Shown here one piece after another: positions 31,223 through 45,879 of a stretch of 64,000 bases of DNA. How positions within the stretch are numbered: the stretch's first letter is position 1; each line of letters begins with the position of its first letter. Position numbers and translations under genes: made by a program. Origin of the DNA: Eledone cirrhosa (lineage: Eukaryota); NCBI GenBank assembly GCA_964016885.1, contig OZ024748.1:46376001-46440000 (forward strand). The letters run 5' to 3'. The notes beneath the pieces were generated by a model. That model did not search any database, was not told the DNA's origin, and worked only from the letters and a program-made list of their open reading frames with translations.

Positions 31223-33194
31223 TCGTTTGTAGCATGGTATACTGAAGCAACGTGAAATGATGTTTTGCTCAAGAACACAACAAACAATCCAGTCAAGCGA
31301 GGAATAGAAGCCATGACATTATGAATCTAAGTCCTACACCCTTGCCACTAGACCACACGTGACTATTTGTAGAACACATTACGTGATGTTTTCTTCCTCA
31401 TTGAAATAAACCAAGAAGTTATTTGAAGGAAATTTGGCTTCTCTTTCTAGCAATTCAAGCAGCCATGTGGAACCACAGTGTTTGTCTCATTTAACAATAA
31501 CCAGGACAAGATACTTAATCAGTTTGACACAAAACCACATGAAAAGGCCCATAATTTATCGATACATTGGTGCTTTACTTAAAGTGTTTATATTTATCTA
31601 AGATAATTTCATCATGTAAAAAGCTTTAAGTTATGTTCCAAGCAGAAACTTTATAATTGGAATGTTCTATTGTTTAATCAAGCTAATCCTTAACTTAGAA
31701 CTTGTATTCCCCTACGCTGTACTTGTTTATTTAACTGATGCTAGGTCCTCCGTCACTATCAATGACCAGTGTTTAGTTGTTCCTATTTTTTAAATCAATG
31801 AGTATGCGATTCTGTATTCAACACATACATACCCTCAAATCAGCATGACAGGGTGTAATTAGGTTAACCCTTTGAAATTACAGGTAGAACATATCAAGTG
31901 GTCTTCCACTAATTCTCATAAGATTTGTGCCAACCCGGCTCTCTCTTAAAATTGAGATCAAACCGGGACCTCATGCCCTCAAGATTGTGGGGGCAAATTT
32001 CTTAACCAGTCAGCCATGTCTATATCCATGATGATTTAACCCTTTAGTATTTAAACCGGCAGTACCCAGCCAGAATTCCCTCACCTCTTTCTGTTCAATT
32101 TAGCTGTAACCAGCTATTCATACTGATGTTAAGGTATTGTTCTCAAAATAAATAACATCAAAATCTCATAGATTCGATATTATGTGCGGTAAAGTCTTTG
32201 CCATGAAAATGTAATTGTATATATAAAGTAATGTAAATGGTAAATAGGCGAACCTGAATTATGTGAGATCAATAGCTTGTTGACCCACAACACTTCACAG
32301 GATAAAAAAAGGTTTCAACACGATAATCTAATACTGTAATCGATCGAAGGATATAATTTTCCCTGATCTTCATGATGTGTTGGCTCTGCATGCTAGATAT
32401 AACAACCAAATCCCCCTAAAAAAGCGTGCAGTTGGAATGGCAGTAAGCCTGTCTAGGACGAATTAAAACTACTACTCTATAGAAATGAGAGCAGGTTTAA
32501 GAATGGGAAGAATTTGATCATATGACTACTTTACGAGAGCTGTCCTGCCCCAACAGCGAGAGCAATGACAATAACAACAACAACAACAGCAAAAAATAAA
32601 ACCATAACAATAAGGACAACAACATTAACATGAACAGCATTACCACCGCCGCCCATAAAATCATTAATAGTGACTACAACAACAACAACAACAATATTAA
32701 CAGCAACAACAATAATACAATCACCACTATTAACCTCGCCACCACCACCACCACCACCAACAACAACAACAAAACAACAACAGCAACGACAGCAAGAACA
32801 AGAACAACAACAGCAACATATCACCACCACTGCAGCAATAGTAATAACAACGAAGATGACATGAACAACAAAAGCTATGGGCTTATATAATATGTGCATC
32901 CATAACCAGAGGCATACACTGTTTAACCAATGAAATGCTTTAGATACATTGTAAGTACAGGATATCTAGTTGAGTGCAGTTAGATGCAACAATAGACAAT
33001 AATAGTAGGGCGAGTCTTTGAGGAAATTATACTGAATATAGAGGTGGCGAGTAGTTAAAACGTCAGATAGAATGCTTTGTGGTATTTGTTCCGGCTCTCT
33101 GATATCTGAGTTCAAATCCCGCCGAGGTCAACTATACCTTTCATCCTTTCGAGGTCGATAAAAAAATGTACCAGTCTAGTACTGGGATCAATTC

Positions 33195-33490
33195 TTCCTT
33201 TATATCTCTATGGCAAACTCCCTCGAGCCTCTGCCCTTCTAAAATCCCGGAGAGCTCAATTTGCTGGCCACTGTCACCGTGCCAGCAATGAAATCATATC
33301 CGCTCTCTTGCTCTGGAACTCTGACTCCAGCCTGACTAGGAGTAGGAGGCTGTCATTCCCTGACGTTATCTCTAGGGATACGGGAATCAGTAGACAGGAC
33401 CTGGGGGCAGCGATGGGGGACAGGGAATTCTGGGGCATGAGGGTGAGATCCGTCATCTCGACAGTAGTCGACGAATGATGATGATGATGA
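33195..33490 (+). mobile_element. LINE 3' end with (TGA)n tail (RTE-like; related 2392-2492 +, 56914-56995 -)
   Basis: Purine-rich end ...gtcgacgaatgatgatgatg. Confidence 0.55.
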
Positions 33491-33726
33491 TATCTCTTTC
33501 TCACTTCCCCTCTCTCAATTTCTATCTTTCTCTGGAAGAAATCTGGAAGAAGTCTGGAAGAAATCTGGCCTGGAGAAGGATGGGCTTTGCCAAACTTAAA
33601 ATACCCAAGAAACGCCGTATGTCAATACGTCACCCCTACGACTATATCAGGAGTTATACCATACCACCACCATATATGTATATATGTATTTATGTATGTA
33701 TGGGTGTGTGTGCGCGTGCGTGCGAG

Positions 33727-33801
<75 letters not shown>

Positions 33802-33869
33802 ATGTCTGTGTGTGTGTGCGTGTGTGTGTGTGTGTGGAAAATAAAATTAACTGTTACACAGATTCATCA

Positions 33870-36285
33870 ATCATAGCTGTAAGAAGGTGCCACAGGGGGT
33901 AGAAATAACAGTGTTGGTATTCATGTCCAAGACCCATAACTGTCAACCTTTCTCTCTATTTGACTGTAAGTAGGTACCATGGTGTGCTGTAGTTTACTAT
34001 TGTATATTCATGGCTAGTAGCTTTATCTGTGAATAGACCTGTTCACCTAGCTGTAAGAAGGTAACACAGTATGTTTTAAGTCGCATTACTGTGTCCACAA
34101 CAAAGGCATTTAACTGTCAACAGTCCGGTCAAACTAGTTGTGATTAGGTTCCGCAGTGTAGTGTAGTTTGTAATACTATGTCCACGACCAAGACATTTAA
34201 CTGTCCACGACCCAGTCCATCTGGCTGTGAGTAGATACCGCCTGTACATTCAAGGTACTGTGTCCATGTGAATGACTTTTAACTCCCACCAGTCCGGTCA
34301 ACGTAGCTGTAATTAGGTACCACATTGTGGTGTAGTTCGTAGTTCTGTGTCCATGACCAATAGACGTAATTGTCAACCATCCAGTCCACCTAGATGTAAG
34401 TAGGTAACACAGTGTACTCTAGATCACACTCATCTGTCCACGATTATGATATTTAACTGTCAACTGTCAGATCAACCTAGTTGCAATCAGGTACCACAGT
34501 TTAGTTTAGTTCGTAGTATTGTCTCCATGACCAACACACTTAATTGTCAACAGTCCAGTCCATCTAGTTCTAAGACAGTATCACAGTTTGACGTACTCCA
34601 TTACACTGTGTCAATGACCAAGACAATTGTCAGCAGTGCACTCCATCTAGCTCTACTTCAGTATCCCAGTTTGACGTAGTCCATTACACTGTGTCAATGA
34701 CCAACACACTTGTCAACTGTCCAGTTCATCTAGTTCTAAGTCAGTATCCCAGTTTGACGTAGTCCATTACACTGTGTCAATGACCAAGACATTTGACTAT
34801 CAACTGTCCAATCTAACTGTAATTAGACATCACAGTGTGATGCAATCCATTATACTGTGTCAATGACCAAGACACGTGACTGTCAACAGTCCAGTCTACA
34901 TATCTATAAATAGGTATCATGGTGTAGTACCTTACAATCCACTAATATGTGCATGTCCATGAAAATGGTATTGAGTCAACGACGATGACATTTAGCAGTC
35001 AACATTCCGCAAAACCTAATTGTACTTAGGTACTACAGTGTGGTGTAGTTCATAGTACTGTGTCTATGACAAAGACAATTATCTGTCAATGACCGAGTTC
35101 ACCTGGCCTTACATAGGTCCCAATTGTACAGTTCAAGGTGTTGTGTCAAAGACGAAGAGATCTAACAGTTAACAGCCCTGTCAACCTAGTTATAATTAGA
35201 CATGACAATTGGTGTAATTCATAGTAGTTTGTTCAATACTAAGACACTTAACTATGAACAGCCCATTCCCCTTATCTGTAACACAGTGTACGACAGTGTG
35301 GTATAACCCATCACACTCTATCAATGAACAAGACACTTAACTGTCAACAGTCCAATACGCTTATCTATAAGTATGTACCACAGATTGATATAGTTCACTA
35401 ATGTGTGTGCATGACCAAGCACTTAAATGTGAACAGTCCAGTCAAGCTAGCTGTATGTAGATAACACAGTGTGGTATAGTTCACAGGTTTTTAACTGAGA
35501 GCAGTCCAATCTACTTACTTTTAAGTAGGTTCCGTAATATGGTATAGTCCGTGAAGCATGGCTTAGTGGTTAGAGCATTGTGAGTTCTCAGACCGGGTGA
35601 TGTGTTGTTCCCTTGAGAAAGACACTTTATTTCACGTTGCTCCAGTTCACTCAGCTGTAGAAATGAGATGATAGGACTGGGGTCCCTATCATTAAATCAC
35701 CCAAGACACCTCTAACGAGATATACCGTAGAGGAGTCCAGCTAAACCTGCATAGAAGCGAGCTGTCACAACAACAACACAGTCCGTGGGAAAGACACTTA
35801 CACTATATACTCAAATATAAGCCGACCCTACTATGTTATGGCTGAGAAATGGACAAATATCCAAACCTTATTTACGTAGAATTTGAAGCTGGTGAAAACC
35901 GCCAAATTATTGACCGCGAATATAAGCCGACTCCCTTCAACCATCGATGTTTTGGTCACACATTCCTCGCCTTATATTCGAGTATATACGGTAACTGTCA
36001 ACAACCTAGTTTACCTGTCAATAAAGGACTTATTTCAGTGTGATCCTGTTTACGTACCATTTCCATGACAGAGATCAGAGATCCTTAACTGCTAACAATC
36101 CAGTCCACTTAGCTATAAGTAGACACTGCGTGGGGTAAATTCACTATTAAATGTCCATAATCAAGACACTTAACTGTCAACAGCCTGGTCCACCTAGCTC
36201 TAAGAAGGTAACATAATGTGTAATAGCTCAAAGTACTCAATCCATAACCAAGCTTTTAAAATATCAACAGTCCAGTCTACTTAGT
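33870..36285. repeat. Degenerate ~83-87-bp tandem array interrupted by a SINE and a pogo-like MITE (~35805-35993)
   Basis: atgaccaagaca..aactgtcaacagtccagtc..ctagctgtaag recurs (atgacc at 34528, 34615, 34698, 34780, 34863). Confidence 0.8.
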
Positions 36286-36333
36286 TATAAACACACATAC
36301 ACACACACACACACACATACACACACACACGCA

Positions 36334-36426
<93 letters not shown>

Positions 36427-36452
36427 GTGTAATAAAAAACATAAGACAATTA

Positions 36453-36525
36453 TTCCATTTACCAAAGGTTTCGCGAAGACAGACGAGGCCAACAGAAACG
36501 TCTGAAATCGCTCATCAGAATGAAA
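36453..36525 (-). ncRNA. Canonical hammerhead (family L) within element 36421-36616
   Basis: Revcomp tttcatt-CTGATGA-gcga..cagacg..cgtctg..tcgc-GAAA-cc(ttt)gg-TA-aatggaa. Confidence 0.85.
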
Positions 36526-36615
36526 ATGTAATACATTGTTTATTACATAATTATATAGCTCTGTAGCATACATAGAGCACTCACCTTTCCTTTACCCTTC
36601 CTACGGAAACACTTC

Positions 36616-36654
<39 letters not shown>

Positions 36655-36885
36655 AGGCAGCATGTAGAGAAAAACACACAAAGAGGTATGTGTTTAATTA
36701 CAGAGGATATAATACTACCAGAGTGAAAATCATATTATCTACGAACGGAATAGAAAATACATAAACATTAAAAGGGTACCTTAACAGGTAGAGACCATTC
36801 ATTTTATAATTATATCTCCTTTATAACTATATCTTCTTACTAGTTGAGGAATTTATTATTAGAAGTATGGATCAGGTTGTCGTTC

Positions 36886-36961
36886 CTCCTGTTGATGAAC
36901 CATCGGCAGTTTGATTCTACACTTTTTTAGTGGCGAAACATGCTTACTGCGTGTCCAGAAG
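36886..36961 (+). ncRNA. Hammerhead (U3.G8) in the loop of fold-back element K (~36652-37205)
   Basis: ctcctg-TTGATGA-acca..tggc-GAAA-catg..cgtg-TC-cagaag. Confidence 0.65.
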
Positions 36962-37204
36962 ATATAGTTATAAAAAGAATGGTCTGTAGATGTTAATTCA
37001 TCCTTTTAATTTTTATGTATTTTCCATTCTGTTTGTAGATAATATGATTTTCACTCTGGTGGTATTACATCCTCTTTAACTAAATACATGCCTCTTAGTG
37101 TGTTTCTCTTTATATGCTGACTTATAAAGAGCCCAGGATCTATTCCTTGAGCTCATTAAATTATAGGGGATTAATGTGAGTCTTTGACTCCATTTTTAAA
37201 TTTG

Positions 37205-37254
<50 letters not shown>

Positions 37255-37256
<2 letters not shown>

Positions 37257-37518
37257 TATCTTCAATGAACTTATAACATGAAGTTCACATGAAGATATGT
37301 CACTATCTTTATACCAATTATTGTATTTTATCTGACGGAAGCGTACTAAAATATTAGTGCCCTTGAAATACGTATAATACAATAAATATGGATTTATAAA
37401 GATATTTTCCATTTATTAATATTATTGATATTAATGAAACCCCGGAAAAGACCGTTGGGTGCTTCTAATCTGTTGTAAATTAACTTTATTGAATAATCAA
37501 CAAACCAAATAACTCATT

Positions 37519-37522
<4 letters not shown>
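37255..37522 (+). mobile_element. Diverged family D terminus
   Basis: CTGACGG..GAAA-tacgta-TA; hairpin accc-cgg..ccg-tt-gggtgct. Confidence 0.7.
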
Positions 37523-37580
<58 letters not shown>

Positions 37581-38415
37581 TTATGTGTGTGTGTATAACT
37601 TAAACAGAAATAACAAAGCAAACATTTTCAGCCAACATTTTCAGTAATTCGGTGGAATTTACATTTAACAAACAAACACCTATTGACGATAAACGACTTA
37701 AAATAATCCCATGGTAAATAGCTGTGAGTAACAAACAACACATACACATACATACGAACTACAACACAAAAACACTTAAATAAAAATCACATACCCAACT
37801 CTATCACGTGCTTTGCATTACACCTTACATAAAAAATATCTACATTATCACCACATGCCTCTCTAACAAATTGCACACTATCTTAAACATTTATAACAAT
37901 TACAAATACATGCCTTATTGACTGTATTGACTCCTGCATTTTACACCAATTTTCCTTGCTTATAACTTTTTTGCCTGTGTTTTCTTTGCTTGTGATTTTT
38001 TTGCTTGTGATTTTTACTTATATCTATTACACTTCCAACCAGTGCTGCCTGTAATTGTGTACTTTCAAGCAGAAGATCTTTCTGACTCTTGACTCTCCAC
38101 ATGATGCCTTTGACACTAATAACAATTATGTACCCTAAATGTTCTAAATTACTAGGATTGTAGATACATGTTTCGACATTCCTTATACTCCGATGCTTCC
38201 AGACTTTCCTCTGGAAGAAACAATTGTCAGCAAATAAATGTTCTAAACTAAAATTTGATCGTTTTAACACTTTGTATCTCAGCACTGTAAAACATTTGAA
38301 AATTTGCATTGAGCCTTTTGTCATACCGGTAACCGGCTAGTACTTAGTGCTACCCTCCATATTTATAGTTGTATCAAACATATATAAATATAATTATTCT
38401 TATTACTATATATAC

Positions 38416-38451
<36 letters not shown>

Positions 38452-39021
38452 AGGAGGTTATAGTTCACTTGAAGCATTGTGTAATGAGGTATAAACGTTA
38501 GAATATGTGTAATAAGGCCAAGACAATGCAGATATGGACATAGAAAAAGAATGCAATAGTGAGAGATATTGGTGAGAATTAGTCTTTCACCTTGAATTTA
38601 TTTAAATGTCCTTAATTTTCGAGATAATATCTCTTCTTCGGAGGGAAGTAAAAGTCTCAGACCAGCGTCTAAATTTCCAACGAAGCCATGCTGACCGGAA
38701 ATAGTATAGAGTTCTAACTTTAATATCAAAGAATTAAAATTAGGTGGGTAAAGAGTAGTCTCCCTTTAAGAGGGGTTTGTTTATGTTTTTGTTGTGTTAT
38801 GTAAATTTTATATGCGTGCCTGTATATGTGTGTGGGAGAAAGCATGAAGGTGTAGGTATGTGTGTGTGTGTGAGTGTGGGAAGATAGGTCTAATCGTAAA
38901 AGTGGGGGGTAGGTGTTATCTGGTGTTAGAACTGGTTTTGTGTGTGTATGTGTGAGAGAGAATAAGTGGGGGTGTGTGCGTGCGTGTGTGTGGGGTGTGT
39001 AAAGTGGGGCTAGAGGCCCTA

Positions 39022-41165
39022 TCAGGTTATAAATTGGGTGTTGAGCTCTAGTCTATTATTGATTGGTGGATGTGTTCTATCTATAATGAGTGCTTCCTTG
39101 ATTCTAAGATTACCGAGGTTTCTTTCTTTAGTTTCTATCCTAACTGTTATGTTTTTATCAGTGTTTTTGCATTTAACTAGGTGTTTCTTAAATGAGGAAG
39201 CGTTAGTATTGAGGTGTTCTTTTATTCTTATGTGGAGTGGTCTGGTGGTGCTACCTACGTAGAAGTTGTTGCATTTGTCACACTCTAGTCTGTAAACTAC
39301 GTAAGCCTGGTGGCATAGGTCTGTGTCGTTGATGGGGCAGTTGGCTAGTCTGCAGCAGTTGTCATGTCTGGTGGAGTGTCTCTTAGCTAGCCGTCCACGC
39401 AAAGAAGGACCCGAATGGGCCAGTTGAATATCCAGACCTTCTCGTCTGATGGCTCTGCGGATGGCTGTTGTTGTTTCTTCACTGAAGTGTGGGAGCTTCA
39501 GGAAGCAAGTGTTAGTGCCTCGGGTGTGGTGTCCTCTGTTCTTTCTGGCACGGTTTGTGGTGGATGTCGTGTATCCGTTCAGTTTGAGTACTTCCAGGAA
39601 ATGTGTGGTGTGTGTGTCTCGGTCTCTGGCGTCGGTGCATTTGTTCTTGATACGTGCCAGTTCGTTCTTTATGTATCCGAACTTGGCACCGAGTGGGAGG
39701 GCCGATCTGAAATGTACGAACAGGTCCCTGCTGGCGGATTTTTTATAGAAGCAGGTGTGGATGTTGCCTTCCTCTGTTACCCTGAGTTGGAAGTCCAGCA
39801 GGGATAGGGATCCGCGGTCATCGGGGTGTTCAATGCTGAACTTTATACTGGCGTCCATGCTGGAGAATGTTGTGTATATTTTCTCTGCCTCTTCACGGGA
39901 TGATGTAAGGATGAGTATGTCATCTACATATCGGGTGAAGAAGGCATGGGAATGGCAGGTGTTGAGGGCTCGGCATTCTAGCTGGTTCATGTAAGTGATG
40001 GCCAGCAGGCCAGAGAGGCTGGATCCCATGGGTAATCCTGTTGTCTGTCTGTATGTGTGGTGGTGGAAGGTGAAGTACGTGTTGTCTACCGTGAAGGACA
40101 AAAGTTGGTGTATGTCCGTCGGGTGGAGGCCGTAGCAGTGGATGTTCTCTGCGACCACGCAGTCCGTCAATAAATCGACAGCTGGGTGAGCGGGGACTGT
40201 AGTGTAGAGGGAGACAACGTCGAGGCTAAAAGCGTATTTATTAAGTTTAAGTTGTTCTGGCTGGAGTTGGTGTAATCTACGTATAACTTCGTCGGAGCTA
40301 CTGACATGTCCGGGGAAGGTGGAGAGTAGAGGCTTGAGGACCTGGGAGAGAAGCCAGGAAATTTTGTATAGGGGTCCTTCTATGCTAGAGACGATGGGTC
40401 TTATATGCGTCTTAGTGCTATTCTTGTGGGTCTTGATGAGGTGGTAGAAAGTGGGCAGTCTGCTATTTCTAGTGGTGTAGTTGAGTTTAATTTTATTCGG
40501 GAGTTGTCTTCTCCTACAGATATCGAACCAAATGGAGTTGGTCTGTTTTTCGATTTGGGCTGCGGTCATGTCCGGGATCACTGTGTACAGTTCACTGTCG
40601 CTTAGGTGTTCGAAGGCTAGGTTATTGTATGTGGCTTGAGAGATGACGCAGAACTCTTTACCTTTGTCGGATGGTAAGTAAATAAGTTCCTTATTCCGTA
40701 GGTTCTTCAGGGCGAGTTGTTGTGTCCTGGAGAGGTTAGGGGCCATCTTCTTCTGTTTCCGTAAGATGTTAAATACGGAATGTTTTAGTCTCGAGAGTTT
40801 ATCTTCCAGCTCGCGGTTGGCGGGCGGTGGATAGAGTGGGCGATCTAGTTGGTATATCGGGAATCTGGGTGTGGTGGATTCCGTGGTGTTGTTGTCGAGA
40901 GTCGATATCCATTTCAGTTGGTAGGCAGCTCGACAGAAATTCGTTTCTATGTCGAGCCATAGTCTGTCGTCCAGTCTCTGTTTCAATATGAACTTGGGAC
41001 CCAGGCTGAGGAGGTCTAATTCCTCTCGGGAGAGGGATCCTGTCAAGTCTGTGACGAGGTGTTTTGCGTCAGGTGTGTTGTTGGTCGGGGTGCCGCTAGG
41101 TTCGGTGTTGGTAACGTATTGTTCGCCTCTGTTGGTGTTTATAGCCTCGACGCTTTTAGCCTCGA
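39022..41165 (-). CDS. Penelope-like RT + GIY-YIG endonuclease, open but 5'-truncated
   Basis: LSLGPKF, PSDKG, IKTHK, IRPIVS, SLDVVSLYT, GLPMGS, RYVDD, LLD; VVYRLECDKC..YVGST.RPL..RIKEH..KEAL..INNR. Confidence 0.93.
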
Positions 41166-42378
41166 CGCTTTTAGCCTCGACGTTGTCTCCCTCTACACTA
41201 CAGTCCCCGCTCACCCAGCTGTCGATTTATTGACGGACTGCGTGGTCGCAGAGAACATCCACTGCTACGGCCTCCACCCGACGGACATACACCAACTTTT
41301 GTCCTTCACGGTAGACAACACGTACTTCACCTTCCACCACCACACATACAGACAGACAACAGGATTACCCATGGGATCCAGCCTCTCTGGCCTGCTGGCC
41401 ATCACTTACATGAACCAGCTAGAATGCCGAGCCCTCAACACCTGCCATTCCCATGCCTTCTTCACCCGATATGTAGATGACATACTTATCCTTACATCAT
41501 CCCGTGAAGAGGCAGAGAAAATATACACAACATTCTCCAGCATGGACGCCAGTATAAAGTTCAGCATTGAACACCCCGATGACCGCGGATCCCTATCCCT
41601 GCTGGACTTCCAACTCAGGGTAACAGAGGAAGGCAACATCCACACCTGCTTCTATAAAAAATCCGCCAGCAGGGACCTGTTCGTACATTTCAGATCGGCC
41701 CTCCCACTCGGTGCCAAGTTCGGATACATAAAGAACGAACTGGCACGTATCAAGAACAAATGCACCGACGCCAGAGACCGAGACACACACACCACACATT
41801 TCCTGGAAGTACTCAAACTGAACGGATACACGACATCCACCACAAACCGTGCCAGAAAGAACAGAGGACACCACACCCGAGGCACTAACACTTGCTTCCT
41901 GAAGCTCCCACACTTCAGTGAAGAAACAACAACAGCCATCCGCAGAGCCATCAGACGAGAAGGTCTGGATATTCAACTGGCCCATTCGGGTCCTTCTTTG
42001 CGTGGACGGCTAGCTAAGAGACACTCCACCAGACATGACAACTGCTGCAGACTAGCCAACTGCCCCATCAACGACACAGACCTATGCCACCAGGCTTACG
42101 TAGTTTACAGACTAGAGTGTGACAAATGCAACAACTTCTACGTAGGTAGCACCACCAGACCACTCCACATAAGAATAAAAGAACACCTCAATACTAACGC
42201 TTCCTCATTTAAGAAACACCTAGTTAAATGCAAAAACACTGATAAAAACATAACAGTTAGGATAGAAACTAAAGAAAGAAACCTCGGTAATCTTAGAATC
42301 AAGGAAGCACTCATTATAGATAGAACACATCCACCAATCAATAATAGACTAGAGCTCAACACCCAATTTATAACCTGA
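41165..42378 (+). pseudogene. Inverted partial copy of PLE ORF (RT motif A to C-terminus)
   Basis: Identical protein from AFSLDVVSLYT to NTQFIT. Confidence 0.9.
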
Positions 42379-42903
42379 TAGGGCCTCTAGCCCCACTTTA
42401 CACACCCCACACACACGCACGCACACACCCCCACTTATTCTCTCTCACACATACACACACAAAACCAGTTCTAACACCAGATAACACCTACCCCCCACTT
42501 TTACGATTAGACCTATCTTCCCACACTCACACACACACACATACCTACACCTTCATGCTTTCTCCCACACACATATACAGGCACGCATATAAAATTTACA
42601 TAACACAACAAAAACATAAACAAACCCCTCTTAAAGGGAGACTACTCTTTACCCACCTAATTTTAATTCTTTGATATTAAAGTTAGAACTCTATACTATT
42701 TCCGGTCAGCATGGCTTCATTGGAAATTTAGACGCTGGTCTGAGACTTTTACTTCCCTCCGAAGAAGAGATATTATCTCGAAAATTAAGGACATTTAAAT
42801 AAATTCAAGGTGAAAGACTAATTCTCACCAATATCTCTCACTATTGCATTCTTTTTCTATGTCCATATCTGCATTGTCTTGGCCTTATTACACATATTCT
42901 AAC

Positions 42904-42964
<61 letters not shown>

Positions 42965-42965
<1 letters not shown>

Positions 42966-43465
42966 TTGTATGTATCTATGTATGTCGGATCACTCGTGAG
43001 TGCTACTGGTAACATGTAACCCACTACACCCTGTCGCATGGTCGGGTCGTTGGCGACTAAACCGGCCACCCCACCAAGTTTACTTGGTGAGGAGGGTGAC
43101 TTTGGACACTCTGCAGGACAAAAAACAAAACCTGAAAAAAGGCGGAAGAACTCATAAGAGTCAACGGCCATCGAAAACTGTGTAAATATGTATATACACA
43201 TGTACATATGTATGTATATGCGTATATGTGTATATACATGCATGTGTATGTATGTGCGAGGGGACATATAAATAGTCGGACTGGACACCCGATCACGCGG
43301 TTAAATCACTGGGAGTGACGGACCCCTATCCTTTGTCAGGACATTCTTCTAGGAGAAGGCAACTCAGGAAACTAGGATGACTCCGATATAAAACCTGCAG
43401 CTCAGTAGTTAGCGATGATGTTGATCTTTTCTCATACTCGATAACGAGGGGGTAGCCATCATCAT
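42965..43465 (+). mobile_element. LINE 5'-UTR-like repeat (possibly RTE), related to 52635-52780
   Basis: Shared taagagtcaa..cctttgtca..ttctaggagaagg..aactc..gatataa..cctgca. Confidence 0.45.
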
Positions 43466-44082
43466 CTATGCATGTATGTTTGTATGTGTGTGTGAGAGAG
43501 AGAGAGAGAAAGAGAGAGAGAGAAAGAGTCCCTAGTCAATCGGAGATAACCACAGTAAGTAACGTACTTAATACATTAGTAGAGTATATACAATTTAATG
43601 TAGAAATGGCTTCTGCAGGACTAGCACAGTTTCATTCGAAGGGAATTATCAGAAAAGCATTTCTGCCAATTTCCTTCGAATGACACAGTCTTAAACCTGT
43701 AGAAACCATTTATACATTAAATTCGTTATATATATTCTATTCTAAGGCGAGTAAAATTCCCGAGATCCCTGGACGAGTTCTCTCCAGCGGTCTCTGTCCC
43801 TCATTATCGCTGCCATGTCCTGCGTCTCCAACAGACCAGTGTCTGTCCTTAGGGCATCAACATACGTTAACCTTGGTCTTCCTCTTCTATATAACGAAGG
43901 AGTTGTGGTAAAGAACCAGATGGACCGTAACGCACCAGATTTTTCAATACTTATGGTAGTAGAATGGCTAATAGGAAAATGTTTGACCCCGACGGCAGTA
44001 CTCAAGCCGTTTCGACGGCTATTTCTAGTCCAGAAATAGCCGTCGAAATAGCTTGAGCTCTGCCGTCGGGGTCAAACATCTT

Positions 44083-44181
<99 letters not shown>

Positions 44182-44479
44182 TAAGAAAATGTGAATTAGT
44201 TTCAGATGTTAAAGTCCTTTATTGTTAAAACTGTGATACATATTTCAATGACGATAGTGGCCACACGATTCCGTGTACCCAGTGCCATGACATCATCAGA
44301 CAGCTTTTTACCTAATAAGGTTACGTTCCCGAGACCAATCCGAATTGAATCGACAAGGGAACGGACAAAGCGGGTGTTCTTGAATCCTTCGCCCGTTCTC
44401 ATGAATGATTCACAAGCACACTCGCTTTGTCCGTCCCCTTGCCGATTCAATATTCAATATGCATCAATATTTACCGTAA

Positions 44480-44591
<112 letters not shown>

Positions 44592-45549
44592 GCATACATG
44601 ATCGTGTCAATATCAGCTGCTAAAGTTCGTGTGTGAAAAAGGCAATCTAGTTTCAGAAACCTATATACATAGATGAATATAGAGACTTTAAAAGATATAT
44701 ATGTCAATATATGTGTGTGGATGACATCGAGATGCTTAGTTGATACCTGATTAGAAAGAAGGTTTGATTAATTTGTATAAAGAGTGAGTTCAAATCACGC
44801 TGAGGTTAACTTTGCCTTTCATCCTTACGGGGTCGATAAAATAAAGTACCAGTAATACACTAGAATAATTGCTGGCCTTTTGCCAAAAGTAGAAAAAAAT
44901 ATTAGGACAACATGACCCTCCCCAAATATAACTTAATATTACGTTGCACCTTTCAAGTCAGTTGAAGAGATGAGTACTGTTAGAAGCAGGAGCTGGGCAT
45001 TAGTCTGGCAACAAACAGGTGTCCTGTCTGATACCCTCAGTTGCTGAACGCCAAAAGTAGAAACGAAGATTTCTTATGAAAAAACCTTGCAAAACAAATA
45101 CATCGCCGCTGTAATCTTAAGTAATTTGCTCAAAGACAAAAGACGATGCCTGGTTTGAAAATAGAGACCCTAATCTTACATTTGAGAGCTCAATATTTTA
45201 ACCATAGGGTAGCGCGCATTTAATTCTGAAATCCAAATTGGAATAAATTAGAAACTTTTATATTTCATATTTATACAGACATTTACCAATGTTCTCATGA
45301 ATCTCGTATTCTACCATTTTGCTTGTACGATATATGAGAAATGTGGATTTCTAATCATTGTTTGTGTCTAGCTACACAAATGTTGGAATTACCTGTAAGC
45401 CAAATAAACTATAGCCTAGGTACACACACTCTCTGGGACCTCATTGGTTAAAATTAATTTTAAATTTGCCATTAGCTTTTATTCCCTAACATTAAATTAT
45501 CAAATATTGTATATATAATATATATATATATATATATAATGTTGCTCCA

Positions 45550-45654
<105 letters not shown>

Positions 45655-45879
45655 CGGGATAACAAATTATTGTTATAGGTAGTCCACTTATATGTAGTCC
45701 AGTTAGGGTACTCCGAGTAGTGGATAGTATTAACGCTTGGCTAAGTTTAACTCAACAAGACGTTTCCATAGTGATGCTGCGAGTACGTGGTGATGTCTAT
45801 GTAGTTTACACTTGAAGTAATAATAAATCAAGAAAGAAGAGTGACATGGTTTGCTATACAATAAGGGATTTATTCACAT

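Larger units (their letters stand above)
38449..42910. mobile_element. Young Penelope-like retrotransposon with head-to-head inverted duplication in (TA)n
   Basis: ~1746-bp arms 38490-40235 / 41165-42910 nearly identical; extra ~41-bp tail on left only. Confidence 0.95.

Noticed and set aside
32531-32899. Poly-N/T/Q ORFs as a host exon
   Set aside because: (AAC)n/(ACC)n low-complexity sequence, open in several frames, no supporting evidence
33870-36285. C2H2 zinc-finger array (period near 84 bp)
   Set aside because: No CxxC..HxxxH or TGEKP pattern; frames not maintained
41059-41164. N-termini of the 439-aa and 730-aa ORFs as true starts
   Set aside because: Both read through the inversion junction into antisense sequence of the other arm
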